From Mycobacterium tuberculosis H37Rv (GTDB taxonomy: Bacteria; Actinomycetota; Actinomycetes; Mycobacteriales; Mycobacteriaceae), in the NCBI RefSeq assembly GCF_000195955.2, contig NC_000962.3, positions 1,710,001 to 1,742,000 of the forward strand: a stretch of 32,000 nt of DNA, written 5' to 3'. Under the pieces are notes generated by a model, which did no database searches, was not told where the DNA came from, and was given only the letters and a program-made list of their open reading frames with translations. Numbering within the stretch: the first letter of the stretch is position 1; every line of letters starts with the position of its first letter. Positions 8,726-19,501 of this stretch are shown here, in pieces. Position numbers and translations under genes: made by a program.

Positions 8726-9970
8726 ATGAAATTTGTCGTGGCCAGCTATGGGACTCGCGGCGACATCGAGCCCTGCGCAGCGGTCGGCCTGGAGCTGCAG
8801 CGGCGCGGCCATGATGTGTGCCTTGCCGTGCCGCCCAACCTGATTGGTTTCGTGGAAACGGCCGGGCTGTCTGCTGTCGCATACGGAAGCAGGGACTCTC
8901 AGGAGCAGCTCGACGAGCAGTTCCTGCACAACGCGTGGAAACTTCAGAACCCCATCAAGCTGCTGCGTGAAGCGATGGCGCCCGTCACCGAGGGCTGGGC
9001 GGAGCTGAGCGCGATGTTGACGCCGGTGGCCGCCGGGGCCGACCTGCTGTTGACCGGTCAGATCTACCAGGAGGTGGTCGCCAACGTCGCCGAGCACCAC
9101 GGCATTCCGTTGGCCGCGCTGCATTTTTATCCGGTGCGAGCCAATGGCGAGATCGCCTTTCCCGCGCGGCTGCCGGCGCCACTGGTCCGCTCCACCATCA
9201 CGGCCATCGACTGGCTGTATTGGCGCATGACGAAAGGTGTTGAGGACGCGCAGCGGCGTGAACTGGGCCTGCCGAAGGCGTCAACTCCCGCGCCGCGGCG
9301 AATGGCCGTACGCGGGTCGCTGGAGATCCAAGCCTACGACGCGCTTTGCTTCCCGGGGCTGGCAGCGGAATGGGGCGGCCGACGCCCGTTCGTCGGCGCG
9401 TTGACGATGGAATCGGCGACCGACGCGGACGACGAGGTCGCTTCATGGATCGCTGCCGATACACCGCCGATTTATTTCGGCTTTGGCAGCATGCCGATCG
9501 GATCCCTGGCCGACCGGGTCGCCATGATCAGTGCGGCCTGCGCGGAGTTGGGCGAGCGCGCGTTGATTTGCTCGGGACCCAGCGATGCGACCGGAATCCC
9601 GCAGTTCGATCACGTGAAGGTGGTGCGTGTGGTCAGCCACGCGGCGGTCTTTCCCACCTGCCGTGCGGTCGTCCACCATGGCGGCGCGGGCACCACCGCC
9701 GCCGGTCTTCGAGCCGGTATCCCCACCTTGATTCTGTGGGTCACCTCCGACCAGCCGATCTGGGCTGCTCAGATCAAACAGCTGAAAGTAGGCCGGGGGA
9801 GACGCTTTTCAAGCGCCACCAAAGAATCGCTGATTGCCGACCTTCGAACGATACTTGCGCCGGACTATGTCACCCGAGCGCGGGAGATCGCGTCTCGGAT
9901 GACCAAACCCGCCGCCAGCGTCACGGCCACCGCCGATCTGCTCGAAGATGCAGCCCGCCGTGCGCGCTAA
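8726..9970 (+). CDS. GT1-family (UDP-glycosyltransferase/MGT-like) glycosyltransferase (Rv1524-like)
   Basis: MKFVVASYGTRGDIEPCAAVGLELQRRGH is a GT1 N-terminal signature, and [12 protein letters not shown]....DQP is the C-terminal nucleotide-sugar motif. ATG at 8726 gives 414 aa. The upstream 213 codons of the track ORF overlap the methyltransferase in another frame. Confidence 0.92.
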   Translation: MKFVVASYGTRGDIEPCAAVGLELQRRGHDVCLAVPPNLIGFVETAGLSAVAYGSRDSQEQLDEQFLHNAWKLQNPIKLLREAMAPVTEGWAELSAMLTPVAAGADLLLTGQIYQEVVANVAEHHGIPLAALHFYPVRANGEIAFPARLPAPLVRSTITAIDWLYWRMTKGVEDAQRRELGLPKASTPAPRRMAVRGSLEIQAYDALCFPGLAAEWGGRRPFVGALTMESATDADDEVASWIAADTPPIYFGFGSMPIGSLADRVAMISAACAELGERALICSGPSDATGIPQFDHVKVVRVVSHAAVFPTCRAVVHHGGAGTTAAGLRAGIPTLILWVTSDQPIWAAQIKQLKVGRGRRFSSATKESLIADLRTILAPDYVTRAREIASRMTKPAASVTATADLLEDAARRAR

Positions 9971-10016
9971 GCGAGGGTGGCGCTTCGGCGAATGGCCTTC
10001 GGCGCGAGGATGATCG

Positions 10017-10802
10017 TTGTACGCTCCGCTTGTGTCCCTGATGATTACGGTGCCGGTGTTTGGGCAGCACGAATACACCCACGCACTCGTGGCCGACCTG
10101 GAACGTGAGGGCGCCGACTATCTCATCGTCGACAACCGCGGTGATTATCCTAGGATCGGCACCGAGCGAGTGAGCACACCGGGAGAGAACCTAGGCTGGG
10201 CCGGGGGGAGCGAGCTCGGTTTCCGACTTGCGTTCGCGGAGGGTTACTCCCACGCAATGACGCTCAACAACGACACCCGGGTCTCGAAGGGATTTGTTGC
10301 CGCGTTGCTCGACTCGCGGCTACCGGCCGACGCCGGAATGGTCGGGCCGATGTTTGACGTGGGTTTTCCCTTCGCGGTAGCTGACGAGAAACCAGACGCC
10401 GAAAGCTATGTTCCGCGAGCGCGATACCGGAAGGTGCCCGCAGTCGAGGGAACGGCGCTGGTGATGTCGCGGGATTGCTGGGATGCGGTCGGCGGCATGG
10501 ACCTGTCCACGTTCGGGCGCTACGGATGGGGGCTCGACCTGGATCTCGCGTTACGGGCTCGAAAGTCCGGGTATGGCCTGTACACAACCGAGATGGCCTA
10601 CATCAACCATTTCGGGCGCAAGACCGCCAATACGCACTTCGGTGGGCACCGGTATCACTGGGGTGCAAGTGCGGCCATGATCCGGGGATTGCGTCGAACG
10701 CATGGCTGGCCCGCCGCTATGGGTATCTTGCGGGAGATGGGGATGGCCCATCATCGTAAGTGGCACAAGTCATTTCCGCTCACCTGCCCGGCGAGCTGCT
10801 AG
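10017..10802 (+). CDS. wbbL2: GT2-family glycosyltransferase, putative rhamnosyltransferase
   Basis: A 261-aa ORF with a TTG start. GT2-like features include [20 protein letters not shown] and LNNDTRV. The gene name comes from recollection of the H37Rv annotation. Confidence 0.85.
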
Positions 10803-12060
10803 GCGTGCTCCCAGGCGTTTGGCGTGCCGTCGCCTCCAGCAGGTCCGCGGCCGCGGTGACGGCGGCTGTCGGCCGGGTCATCCGTGTCGAGATCTCACGT
10901 GCCCGCGCGGCGCATTCCGGCGCCAGGATCGATCGTAGCTCCTTGAGCAATGACCCGCGGGTGATGTTCGTAAAGCGTTTGGCAGAGCCGACTTTGAGTC
11001 GTTGGACGGCACCGGCCCAGATCGGTTGATCGGCCACGTCCCAGAGAATCAGCGTGGGCATTCCCGCTCGCAGGCCGGCGGCGGTGGTACCGGCGCCACC
11101 GTGGTGGACGACCGCGCGGCACTTGGGAAGGATGGTCGAATAGTTGACCAGGCCGACACGTTTCACGTGGTCGGCATGACGAATGCGGGTGGAGTTGGCT
11201 GCCGGAGAATAGATCAGGGCTCGCTCGCCGAGCTGTGCGCAGACATCGGAGATCATGGCGAGCGTTTGGACGGGCGTTTGGACGGGCGTGCTGCCGAAGC
11301 CGAAGTAGATGGGTGGTGTTCCGGCGGCGATCCACGACTCGAGTTCTTCGTTGGGTTCGCTGTGTAACTCCATGGTCAGCGGGCCGACAAACGGGCGGCG
11401 GTCGCTCCATTCGGCCGCCAGTCCGGGGAAAAAAACCGGGTCGTAGGCTTGGATTTCGGGCGCTCCGCGTTCCGCCAGCCGACGCACCGCCGGCGCCGGT
11501 GCTGGCGGTAGGCCCAGTTCACGTCGTTGCGCGCGATCGGCATCCTTGCTGACGTACGCATACAGCCGCCATGAGACCTTCATCGTCGCGCGCACCAGAG
11601 TCGCCGGCGTCGGTATCGACGGGATCGCGATTTGGCCGTTGACCTGCATCGGAAAGTGATGCAGTGCCGCAGCCGGAATGTCGTAGTACTCGGCGACGTT
11701 GGCTGCCACACCATGATATGTCTGGCCCGTCATCACCAGGTCGGCGCCGTCGGCCAACGTGGTCAACGTCGTGCCCATCTCCGCCCAGCCTTCGACGAAT
11801 AGTTCCTTGACGGCGCGGGCGAGGTTGAGCGGATTCTGGGCTCTGGTGAGGTTGCGGACGAATGCCGCGACCGTGTTGATCTGTTCGTCCGAGTCCGGGC
11901 CGTAGGCGACGCCGGTCAGACCTGCCGACTCGACGAACTCGATCAGGTTGGGCGGCACTGCCATATGAACTGCGTGGCCTCGCCGCCGCAGCTCCACGCC
12001 AACCGCGGCGCAAGGTTCGACATCACCGCGGGTTCCGTGGACCGCCAAGACAAACTTCAT
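10780..12060 (-). CDS. GT1-family glycosyltransferase, paralog of 8726-9970 (Rv1526c-like)
   Basis: [29 protein letters not shown] and [24 protein letters not shown] are present, and the protein is colinear with the + strand GT1. It lies 22 bp downstream of the pks5 stop on the same strand, so the two are probably cotranscribed. Confidence 0.92.
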
Positions 12061-12082
12061 CAGCGCCTTCCCGCGTTCGACG

Positions 12083-15000
12083 TCAGGCGGGTGCCGGCGC
12101 GTCCCTGTCGGCCGCCAACTTGTCGCACATCAGATCCGCCAGGCCACGAACGGTGGTGTTGATTTCGGTGGCGGAAATGCGGATCCCGGTTTCGGCTTCC
12201 ACCCGCGCACGCAGTTCCTGGCTGCTCAGTGAGTCCAGGCCGTACTCGCTGAGCAGCCGGTCGGTGTCGATGGTGCGGCGTAGGATTAGGCCGACCTGCT
12301 TGGAGAGTAGCCGCCGCAGCCGGTCTGGCCATTCCTCGCGGGGCAGGTCCACCAGCTCGGCAAGGAATTTGCTTGTGCCTGAACGGTTTTGCCCCAGGGA
12401 TTGGAACTTCTCCGCGAATGGGCTGTGCTGGGCGAAGGCTGTCAGCCAGGGTGATCCGATCACCGGGGCGTAGCCGCTGTAGGCGCGGTTGTGGCGCAGC
12501 AGGGTCTCGAAGGCGTAGGCGCCTTCCTCGGGGGCGATGGCGTCGCCGGTTTGTTCGGCAAAGGCGATCGCGCGGCCGATCTGGCCCCAGGCGCCCCAGG
12601 CGATGGAGGTGGCTGGTAGGTCTTGGGCTCGCCGCCAGTGGGTGAAGGTGTCCAGCCAGCTGTTGGCCGCGGCGTAGGCGCCCTGACCCGGCGAGCCCAC
12701 CAGGGCGGCCGCTGAGGAGAATGAGCAGAACCAGTCCAGCGGCTGGTCCGCGGTGGCCCGGTGCAGTTGCCAGGCGCCATATGCCTTGGGCGCCCAGTCG
12801 CGTTCGATGAGTTCGTCGGTGATGTTGGCCAAGGTGGCGTCCTCGACCACCGCGGCCGCGTGCAGCACGCCGCGCAGCGGCAAACCCGTCGCGGTGGCCG
12901 CCGTGACCAACCGGTCGGCGGTGTCCGGCTGGGCGATATCGCCGCACTCCACCACTACGTCAGACCCGATCGCGCGGACGAGTTCGATGGTCTCCAACGC
13001 CTTTTGGCTGGGCTGTGAGCGCGAGCTGAGCACGATGCGGCCGGCCCCGGCGTTGGCCATCTTCTCGGCCAGGAATAAGCCCAGCCCACCCAGGCCACCG
13101 GTGATGATGTAGGACCCGTCTGAACGGAAAACCCGAGCCTGTTCGGGGGGAAGCACCACGCTGCTGCGCCCGGCGTGGGGGACGTCGAGGATGAGCTTGC
13201 CGGTGTGCTCGGCCGCGCCCATCACCCGGATCGCGGTGGCCGCCTCGGCCAGCGGGTAATGGGTGCTCTGCGGCATCGGCAGCACACCCTCGACGGTCAA
13301 CCGATACACCGTGCTCAACAGTTCGCGGACCGCAGCCGGATGGCTCACCGACATCAACCCCAGGTCTAGACCGTAGAACGCCAGATTGCGCCGGAATGGC
13401 AAGAGTTCCAGTCGGGTATTGGAGTAGATGTCGCGTTTGCCGATTTCGATGAAGCGGCCGCCCAGGGCCAGTAGTTTGAGGCCGGCCAACTGTGCGGCAC
13501 CGGTCACGGAGTTGAGCACGATGTCCACGCCGTAGCCGGCGGTGTCGCGGCGGATCTGCTCGGCGAACTCGACGCTGCGCGAGTCATAGACGTGTTCGAT
13601 GCCCATGTCGCGCAGCAGGTCTCGACGCTTTTCGTTGCCTGCGGTGGCGTAGATCTGGGCTCCGGCCGCACGCGCGATCGCGATTGCGGCCTGGCCCACT
13701 CCGCCGGTGGCGGAGTGGATGAGCACCTTGTCGCCGGCCTTGATCCGCGCCAGGTCCTGCAGCCCGTACCACGCGGTGGCGCTGGCGGTGGTCACTGCCG
13801 CGGCTTGGGCGTCGGTCAGCCCCTCGGGCAGTCTGGTGGCCAGGCGGGCGTCGCAGGTGACGAACGTGGCCCAGCAGCCGTTGGGTGACATGCCGCCGAC
13901 CCGGTCACCGACCTTGAGTTCGCTGACCCCGGGCCCGACCGCGCTCACCACCCCGGCGAAATCGGTGCCCAGCTGCGGCTGTCGCCCGTCGAGGGTTTGG
14001 TAGCGGCCGAAGGTGACCAGCACGTCGGCGAAGTTGATGCTGGACGCGGTGACGGCGACCTCGATCTCTCCCGGGCCCGGCGGGACCCGGTCGAACGCGG
14101 CGAACTCCAAGGTTTGCAGGTCACCGGGAGTACGGATCTGTAGGCGCATGCCGGCCTCGGCGTGGTCGACGACGGTGGTTTGCCGCTCCTCGGGGCGCAG
14201 CGGGGCTGGGCACAACCGGGCGGTGTACCACTGGTCGTTGCGCCAGGCGGTCTCATCCTCGCCGCTGGCCGCCAGCAGCTGACGCGCCACCGACTCCGCG
14301 CCGGTCTGCTCATCCACATCGACATAGCTGGCCTTCAAATGCGGATGCTCAGCACCAATCACCCGCAACAACCCCCGCATCCCACCCTGCTCAAGATTGG
14401 GTCGGTCACCAGACAACACCGCCTGAGCATTGTGGGTCAGCACATACAACCGCGGCTCTTGGGCCGTGATCTCTGGAATCTCGCGGGCGATACGCACCAC
14501 ATGTTTGACAAGCTCGCCGCCGCGCACGGGGGATTCCGCGTCGGGGTCGCCGGTCTGCGGCGCGGTCAACACGAATACGCCGGTGAACCCGCCGGTGCCG
14601 AGCTGGTCGCGCAGCCGCGCGGCCTGGGCTGCGTGGTCGGCGCGCTGCGGCCAGGACATCGTTGTGCACTGCGCGTCGTGCACCTTCAGCGCGTCGGTCA
14701 ACTGTGCGGCCACCAAATCCGTAGCGTCACACGTGCTGATCAGCAGCCAGGCGCCGGGTTCGGCGTGGCTGTTTTCGGGCAGCTCACGTTCGTGCCATTC
14801 GATGCTCAGCAGCCGCTCACCCAAAACCCGGGCACGTTCGCTGGCCTGCGACGCGCCGGTACCCAACTGCAGCCCACGCACCGCCAACACCACCGCGCCG
14901 TGCTCGTCCAACACGTCCAGGTCGGCTTCCACGCCCACACCGCACGCGGTCACCGTCGTGCAGCAGTACCGGGCATGACGGGCCGACCCATAGGACCGCA

Positions 15001-18000
15001 ACCGCCGCACACCCAACGGCAGCAACAAACCACCGTCGGCCATACCCTGGACGGCGGGATGAGCCGCCACCGACTGGAAGCACGCATCCAGCAGCACGGG
15101 ATGCACGCCGTAAGCTTTGACCTGCGAGCGAAGCGGGCCCGGTAGGTTGACCTCGGCCAGCACCGTGTCGCCGGCCCCTTCGGCGATGTACGCGTCAACC
15201 AGACCCGCAAAAGCCGGCCCTAAGCGATGACCACGCTTGTCCAGCCATTGCCGAACCTCGGCGCCGTCCACCTTGTGGGGATGGCTGGCCAGCAGTTCGG
15301 CGATGTTTTTCTGGGGTGGCTGGTCCGGGGCGTCGTCGGCTTCCCGGACAACGTGCAGAACCGCGGCGAGTTGCCGTGTGTACCTACCATCATGGCTGGT
15401 CTCTACTGTGAGTGGGACAACGCCGGGGGCTTCTACCGTGGCGGTGACGCCGATGGGGGTTTCGTCGTCGAGCAGCAACATCTGCTCGAATCGGATGTCG
15501 CGGACTTCGGAGGCTTCGCCGAGGACGGCGCGGGCTGCGGCCAACGCCATCTCGCAGTAGGCGGCTCCCGGAAGGGCGGCCGCGCCGTGGATTTGGTGAT
15601 CGGCCAGCCAGGGTTGTGTCACGGTGCCGACCTCGCCCTGCCAGACGTGGCGTTCCGGCTCCTCGGGCAGGCGCACGTGGGAGCCCAGCAATGGGTGTAC
15701 GGCGACGGTATTGGCGTGGGCGATGCGACGGGTCGTGTCGTCGAGCAGCAGACGACGGTGGTTCCATGTGGGCAGTGGTGCGTTGATCAGTCGGCCGGTG
15801 GGGTAGAGCACGGCGAAGTCGACGGCGGCGCCGGCGGCGTAGAGGTCGCCGGCCAGTGCGCGCAGCCCGTGGGGCAGTGGTTGTTCGCGGCGCATGCCGG
15901 CCAGCGCAGCCGCGGACATGTCGAGGCTGCGGGCGGTCTGGTCGACCGCGTGGGTCAGCAGGGGGTGGGGGGTCAGCTCGGTGAAGACCCGGTAGCCGTC
16001 TTCGAGGGCGGCTTGCACCGCCGCGGCGAAGCGTACGGTGTGGCGCAGGTTGTCCACCCAGTAGTAGGCGTCGCAGTAGGGCTCCTCGCGCGGGTCGAAC
16101 GAGGTCGCCGAGTAGTAGGGGATTTCCGGTTGCAGCGGGCTGATTTCGGCGAGCGCTTCGGCCAGTTCGTCGAGGATCGGGTCGACCTGCGGGGAGTGCG
16201 ATGCTACGTCGACGGCCACCTCACGGGCCAGCACGTCGCGTTGCTCCCAGGCGGCCACCAGGTCGCGTACCGTCTGGGTGGCCCCGCCGATCACGGTGGA
16301 CTGCGGGGAGGCCACCACCGCGACCACGGCGTCGTTGACGCCGCGCGCCATCAACTCCGAAAGCACTTGTTGAGCAGGCAGTTCCACCGATGCCATGGCG
16401 CCGGCGCCGGCGATACGGGTCATCAGCGCCGACCGCCGGCAGATGACGCGCACTCCGTCTTCGAGGCAGAGCGCGCCGGCGACCACCGCGGCCGCGGACT
16501 CGCCCAGCGAGTGGCCGATGACCGCGCCGGGCGCTACGCCGTAGGACTTCATTGTGGCCGCCAGCGCGACCTGCATGGCAAACAGGGTCGGTTGCACCCG
16601 GTCGATGCCGGTCACGACCTCGGGGGCGGTCATGGCTTCGGTCACCGAGAAGCCGGATTCCGCGGCGATCAGTGGTTCGATCGCGGCGATGGTGGCGGCG
16701 AATACCGGTTCGGTGGCCAGCAGGTCGGCGCCCATGCCCGCCCATTGCGAGCCTTGCCCGGAGAACACCCAGACCGGTCCGCGGTCGTCTTGGCCGACCG
16801 CGGGTGGGTAGGGGGGTTCGCCGGTGGCGACTTCCCGCAGCGCCTCGGTCAGCTCCGCGGTGGTGGCGGCCAGTACGGCGGTGCGCACCGGCCGGTGTCC
16901 GCGCCGGCGGGCCAGGGTGTAGGCCAGATCCGCCGGCGCCAGCTCGGGTCCTTGGGCGTCGACCCAATCGGCCAGCCGCGCGGCGGTCTGCCGCAGCGCG
17001 TCCTGCGAGCTGGCCGACAGCGCGAACAGCAGCGCGCCGTCGATACCGGGTGTGGCCGGGGTGTCGCCTGGTGCACCGGATTCGGGGGCTGGCACCGGTG
17101 CCTGCTCGACAATGGCGTGCACATTGGTGCCCGTCATGCCATACGACGACACCGCCGCGCGCCGGGGCGTTTCTTGATCGGCGCCGGGCCACGGCGTAAT
17201 CTCTTGCGGCACAAACAGGTTGGTTTCGATTGCGGCAAGCTTGTCAGGCAGGGCCGTGAAGTGCAGATTCTGTGGGACCACGCCGTGTTGGAGGGCCAGG
17301 ACCGCCTTCATCAGTCCCAGCGCTCCAGCGGCCGACTGGGTGTGGCCGAAATTGGTCTTCACCGATGCCAGCGCGCAGGGGCCGTCGTTGCCGTATACCT
17401 CGGCCAGGCTGGCGTATTCGATGGGGTCACCCACCGGGGTGCCCGGGCCGTGCGCCTCGACCATGCCCACCGTAGCCGGGTCCACACCGGCCACATCCAA
17501 CGCCTCCCGATACGCCGCGACCTGCGCGGACCGTGATGGTGTCGCGATATTGACGGTGTGGCCGTCTTGGTTGGCGGCCGTGCCACGAATTACGGCCAGG
17601 ATCCGGTCCCCATCGGCCAGCGCATCCGGCAACCGCTTGAGCGCCAACATGACACAACCCTCACCGGAGACGAAACCGTCCGCGGAAACGTCGAACGCAT
17701 GACAGCGCCCGGTCGCAGACAACATGCCCAACGCCGAGCCCGAGGCGAACCGCCGCGGTTCGAGCATCACGTAGACACCGCCGGCTAGCGCAATGTCGCT
17801 TTCGCCGTCGTGCAGGCTACGACAAGCCAGGTGGATAGCGGTGAGGCCAGACGAGCATGCGGTATCTACCGTGATCGCGGGACCCTGCAAGCCCATGGCG
17901 TACGCCACCCGCCCGGATGCGAAGCAGGCATTGGTGCCCGTGTTGCCGTACGGCCCTTCGAAAGTCTGGTTGTCGGCGTGTACCAATATGTAGTCGGTAT

Positions 18001-18409
18001 GAACCAACCCCACGAAAACCCCTGTCCGCGAGGCCATCTGGTTCGGTGTTAGGCCGCCGTGCTCCATGGCTTCCCAGGAGGTTTCCAGCAACAAGCGGTG
18101 CTGCGGATCGATCGCTATCGCTTCTTTCTCCCCGATCCCGAAGAACTCGGGATCAAAGTCGCCGACGTTATCGAGGTACGCGCCCCATTTGCAGTCGGTG
18201 CGTCCGGGCACGCCGGGTTCGGGGTCGTAGTACTCGTCGATGTCCCAGCGGTCGGCGGGGATCTCGGTGACCAGATCGTCGCCCCGCAGCAACGCCTCCC
18301 ACAACCGATCGGGTGAGTCGATGCCCCCCGGCAGCCGGCACCCCATACCAATGACAGCTACCGGCGTAACACGTGTCCTATCCACGGTCTTTGTTCTCTC
18401 CTTACCCAC
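12083..18409 (-). CDS. pks5: Type I mycocerosic-acid-synthase-like polyketide synthase, KS-AT-DH-ER-KR-ACP
   Basis: Motifs were read from the translation. KS: DTACSS (Cys185, nt 17855-17857), EAHGPGT, NFGHT. AT: GHSLGE (Ser634, nt 16508-16510) with VASH (methylmalonyl-type). DH: HPLLG (His905, nt 15695-15697). ER: [11 protein letters not shown] (nt 13685-13717). KR: TGGLGGLG (nt 13079-13102). ACP: GLDSLS (Ser2060, nt 12230-12232). Nothing follows the ACP. Approximate domain spans are KS 17105-18367, AT 15860-16777, DH 14840-15712, ER 13175-14152, KR 12560-13117 and ACP 12110-12337. Confidence 0.96.
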
Positions 18410-18952
18410 GGTTCAAGCTTTTGCCAGCGGCGTATCGTCGAACTTCGGTCCGGGTTGATAGAACCGCAGCACCAAACGCACCCACCGACCCCCACGCTTC
18501 ACGCCAACCCTTTAGTTCATTGGCGTGAACAGCAGCGTAGCCGGTTGCCCCGATATATGTGGAAAAATCGTTCGGACGTACAAAAAAAGTTCCTGACGCT
18601 GGCGTCAACTCGAAACTGCCTCGGAAGTCATGATTGATTCATCAGTCAATATTAAAGTCGCAGCTCACAACTATAATACGCCGGTGCAGCGGACAATTGC
18701 GGAAGCGCCGGACGCCTCGCGGTCCGATGTCGCCTTTCCCTGCCTCGTCGTCAATATCTGATGGTGGACGACCGCCCGTGCCGGACCGGCTTAGGTAGCC
18801 AGCCGGGCTTCGCGCCACGCAATTTGCCTAGTCGTGAAAGACGGATTGCCGAAGTGTCGAAGGCAACCCGAACTCCGATGTTCAGGTTATGCCAATTGGT
18901 GCCCGGAAATCCCCGAAATCGAAAATGTTACGTGCAGGTTTCACTGGACGGA

Positions 18953-19450
18953 TCAAGGCCGTCGTCGCTGAAGCTGGGCGGCTGGGGCGACATCGCGCGA
19001 TCCGCCCTCGGCGATGCGCACGTACGCCGATTGCATCGTCTCTGGATGCCGCGCGATCGAGCCCTGCGCGATCGGACTACTGGGGGACAACGCGGTGACG
19101 GTGCTCTCCTCGTGAAACTTGTTGACCCACATGCACGCTTGCGCGCCGATCCAGCCATCGCCGAATACTCTGGCATTCATCCGGTCCAGTTGTATTGCGA
19201 TGACCGCAGACAGCAGAAGCGCGCCGGCCGGCATCGAGGCACGACGGGAACGGAAGCCGCCACCTAGAGGATCCAACGAGCATCTATGCTTTTCCCTTCC
19301 CACGGCCGCGCGTGAGGCATCCTCGCTGTGCAGCACCGCCAGGTCAGGGATCAACGCGCCGACTATTTCTCCGTCGATGTGGCTGGACTGCACCTGCTCC
19401 GTCTCTCTTTGCTGCCACCAGCGCCAGGTTGGTTGTGGAAGCTGAGTCAC
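18953..19450 (-). CDS. papA4: Truncated polyketide-associated acyltransferase (PapA family), 165 aa; possibly non-functional
   Basis: The ORF matches my recollection of the short H37Rv papA4. Full-length PapA proteins are ~420-510 aa. No intact HHxxxDG motif is present, the nearest string being SSHIDG at residues 22-27. It lies divergent to fadD24 and upstream of pks5. Confidence 0.7.
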   Translation of the reverse strand: MTQLPQPTWRWWQQRETEQVQSSHIDGEIVGALIPDLAVLHSEDASRAAVGREKHRCSLDPLGGGFRSRRASMPAGALLLSAVIAIQLDRMNARVFGDGWIGAQACMWVNKFHEESTVTALSPSSPIAQGSIARHPETMQSAYVRIAEGGSRDVAPAAQLQRRRP

Positions 19451-19501
19451 CGTCGGGCGAAACCGTCAGCGTTGACGAAGCGTTAGAGGTAGTGTGCTGC
19501 C

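Noticed and set aside
12060-12947. 295-aa minus-strand ORF overlapping the pks5 3' end
   Set aside because: It is an alternate frame of the KR and ACP coding region with an Arg/Gly/Pro-rich translation.
15227-17536. 769-aa + strand ORF, together with the 323-aa and 215-aa Arg/Gly/Pro-rich ORFs, inside pks5
   Set aside because: They are antisense or alternate frames of a clearly coding PKS gene. Their translations are low-complexity and Arg/Gly-rich with no recognisable motifs. This is the typical open-frame artefact of ~65% GC DNA.
19466-19479. Near-palindrome CGTCAGCGTTGACG in the papA4 / fadD24 divergent spacer
   Set aside because: Only 6 of 7 positions pair, and the site overlaps a -35-like TTGACG. 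This is not distinguishable from chance without binding data.
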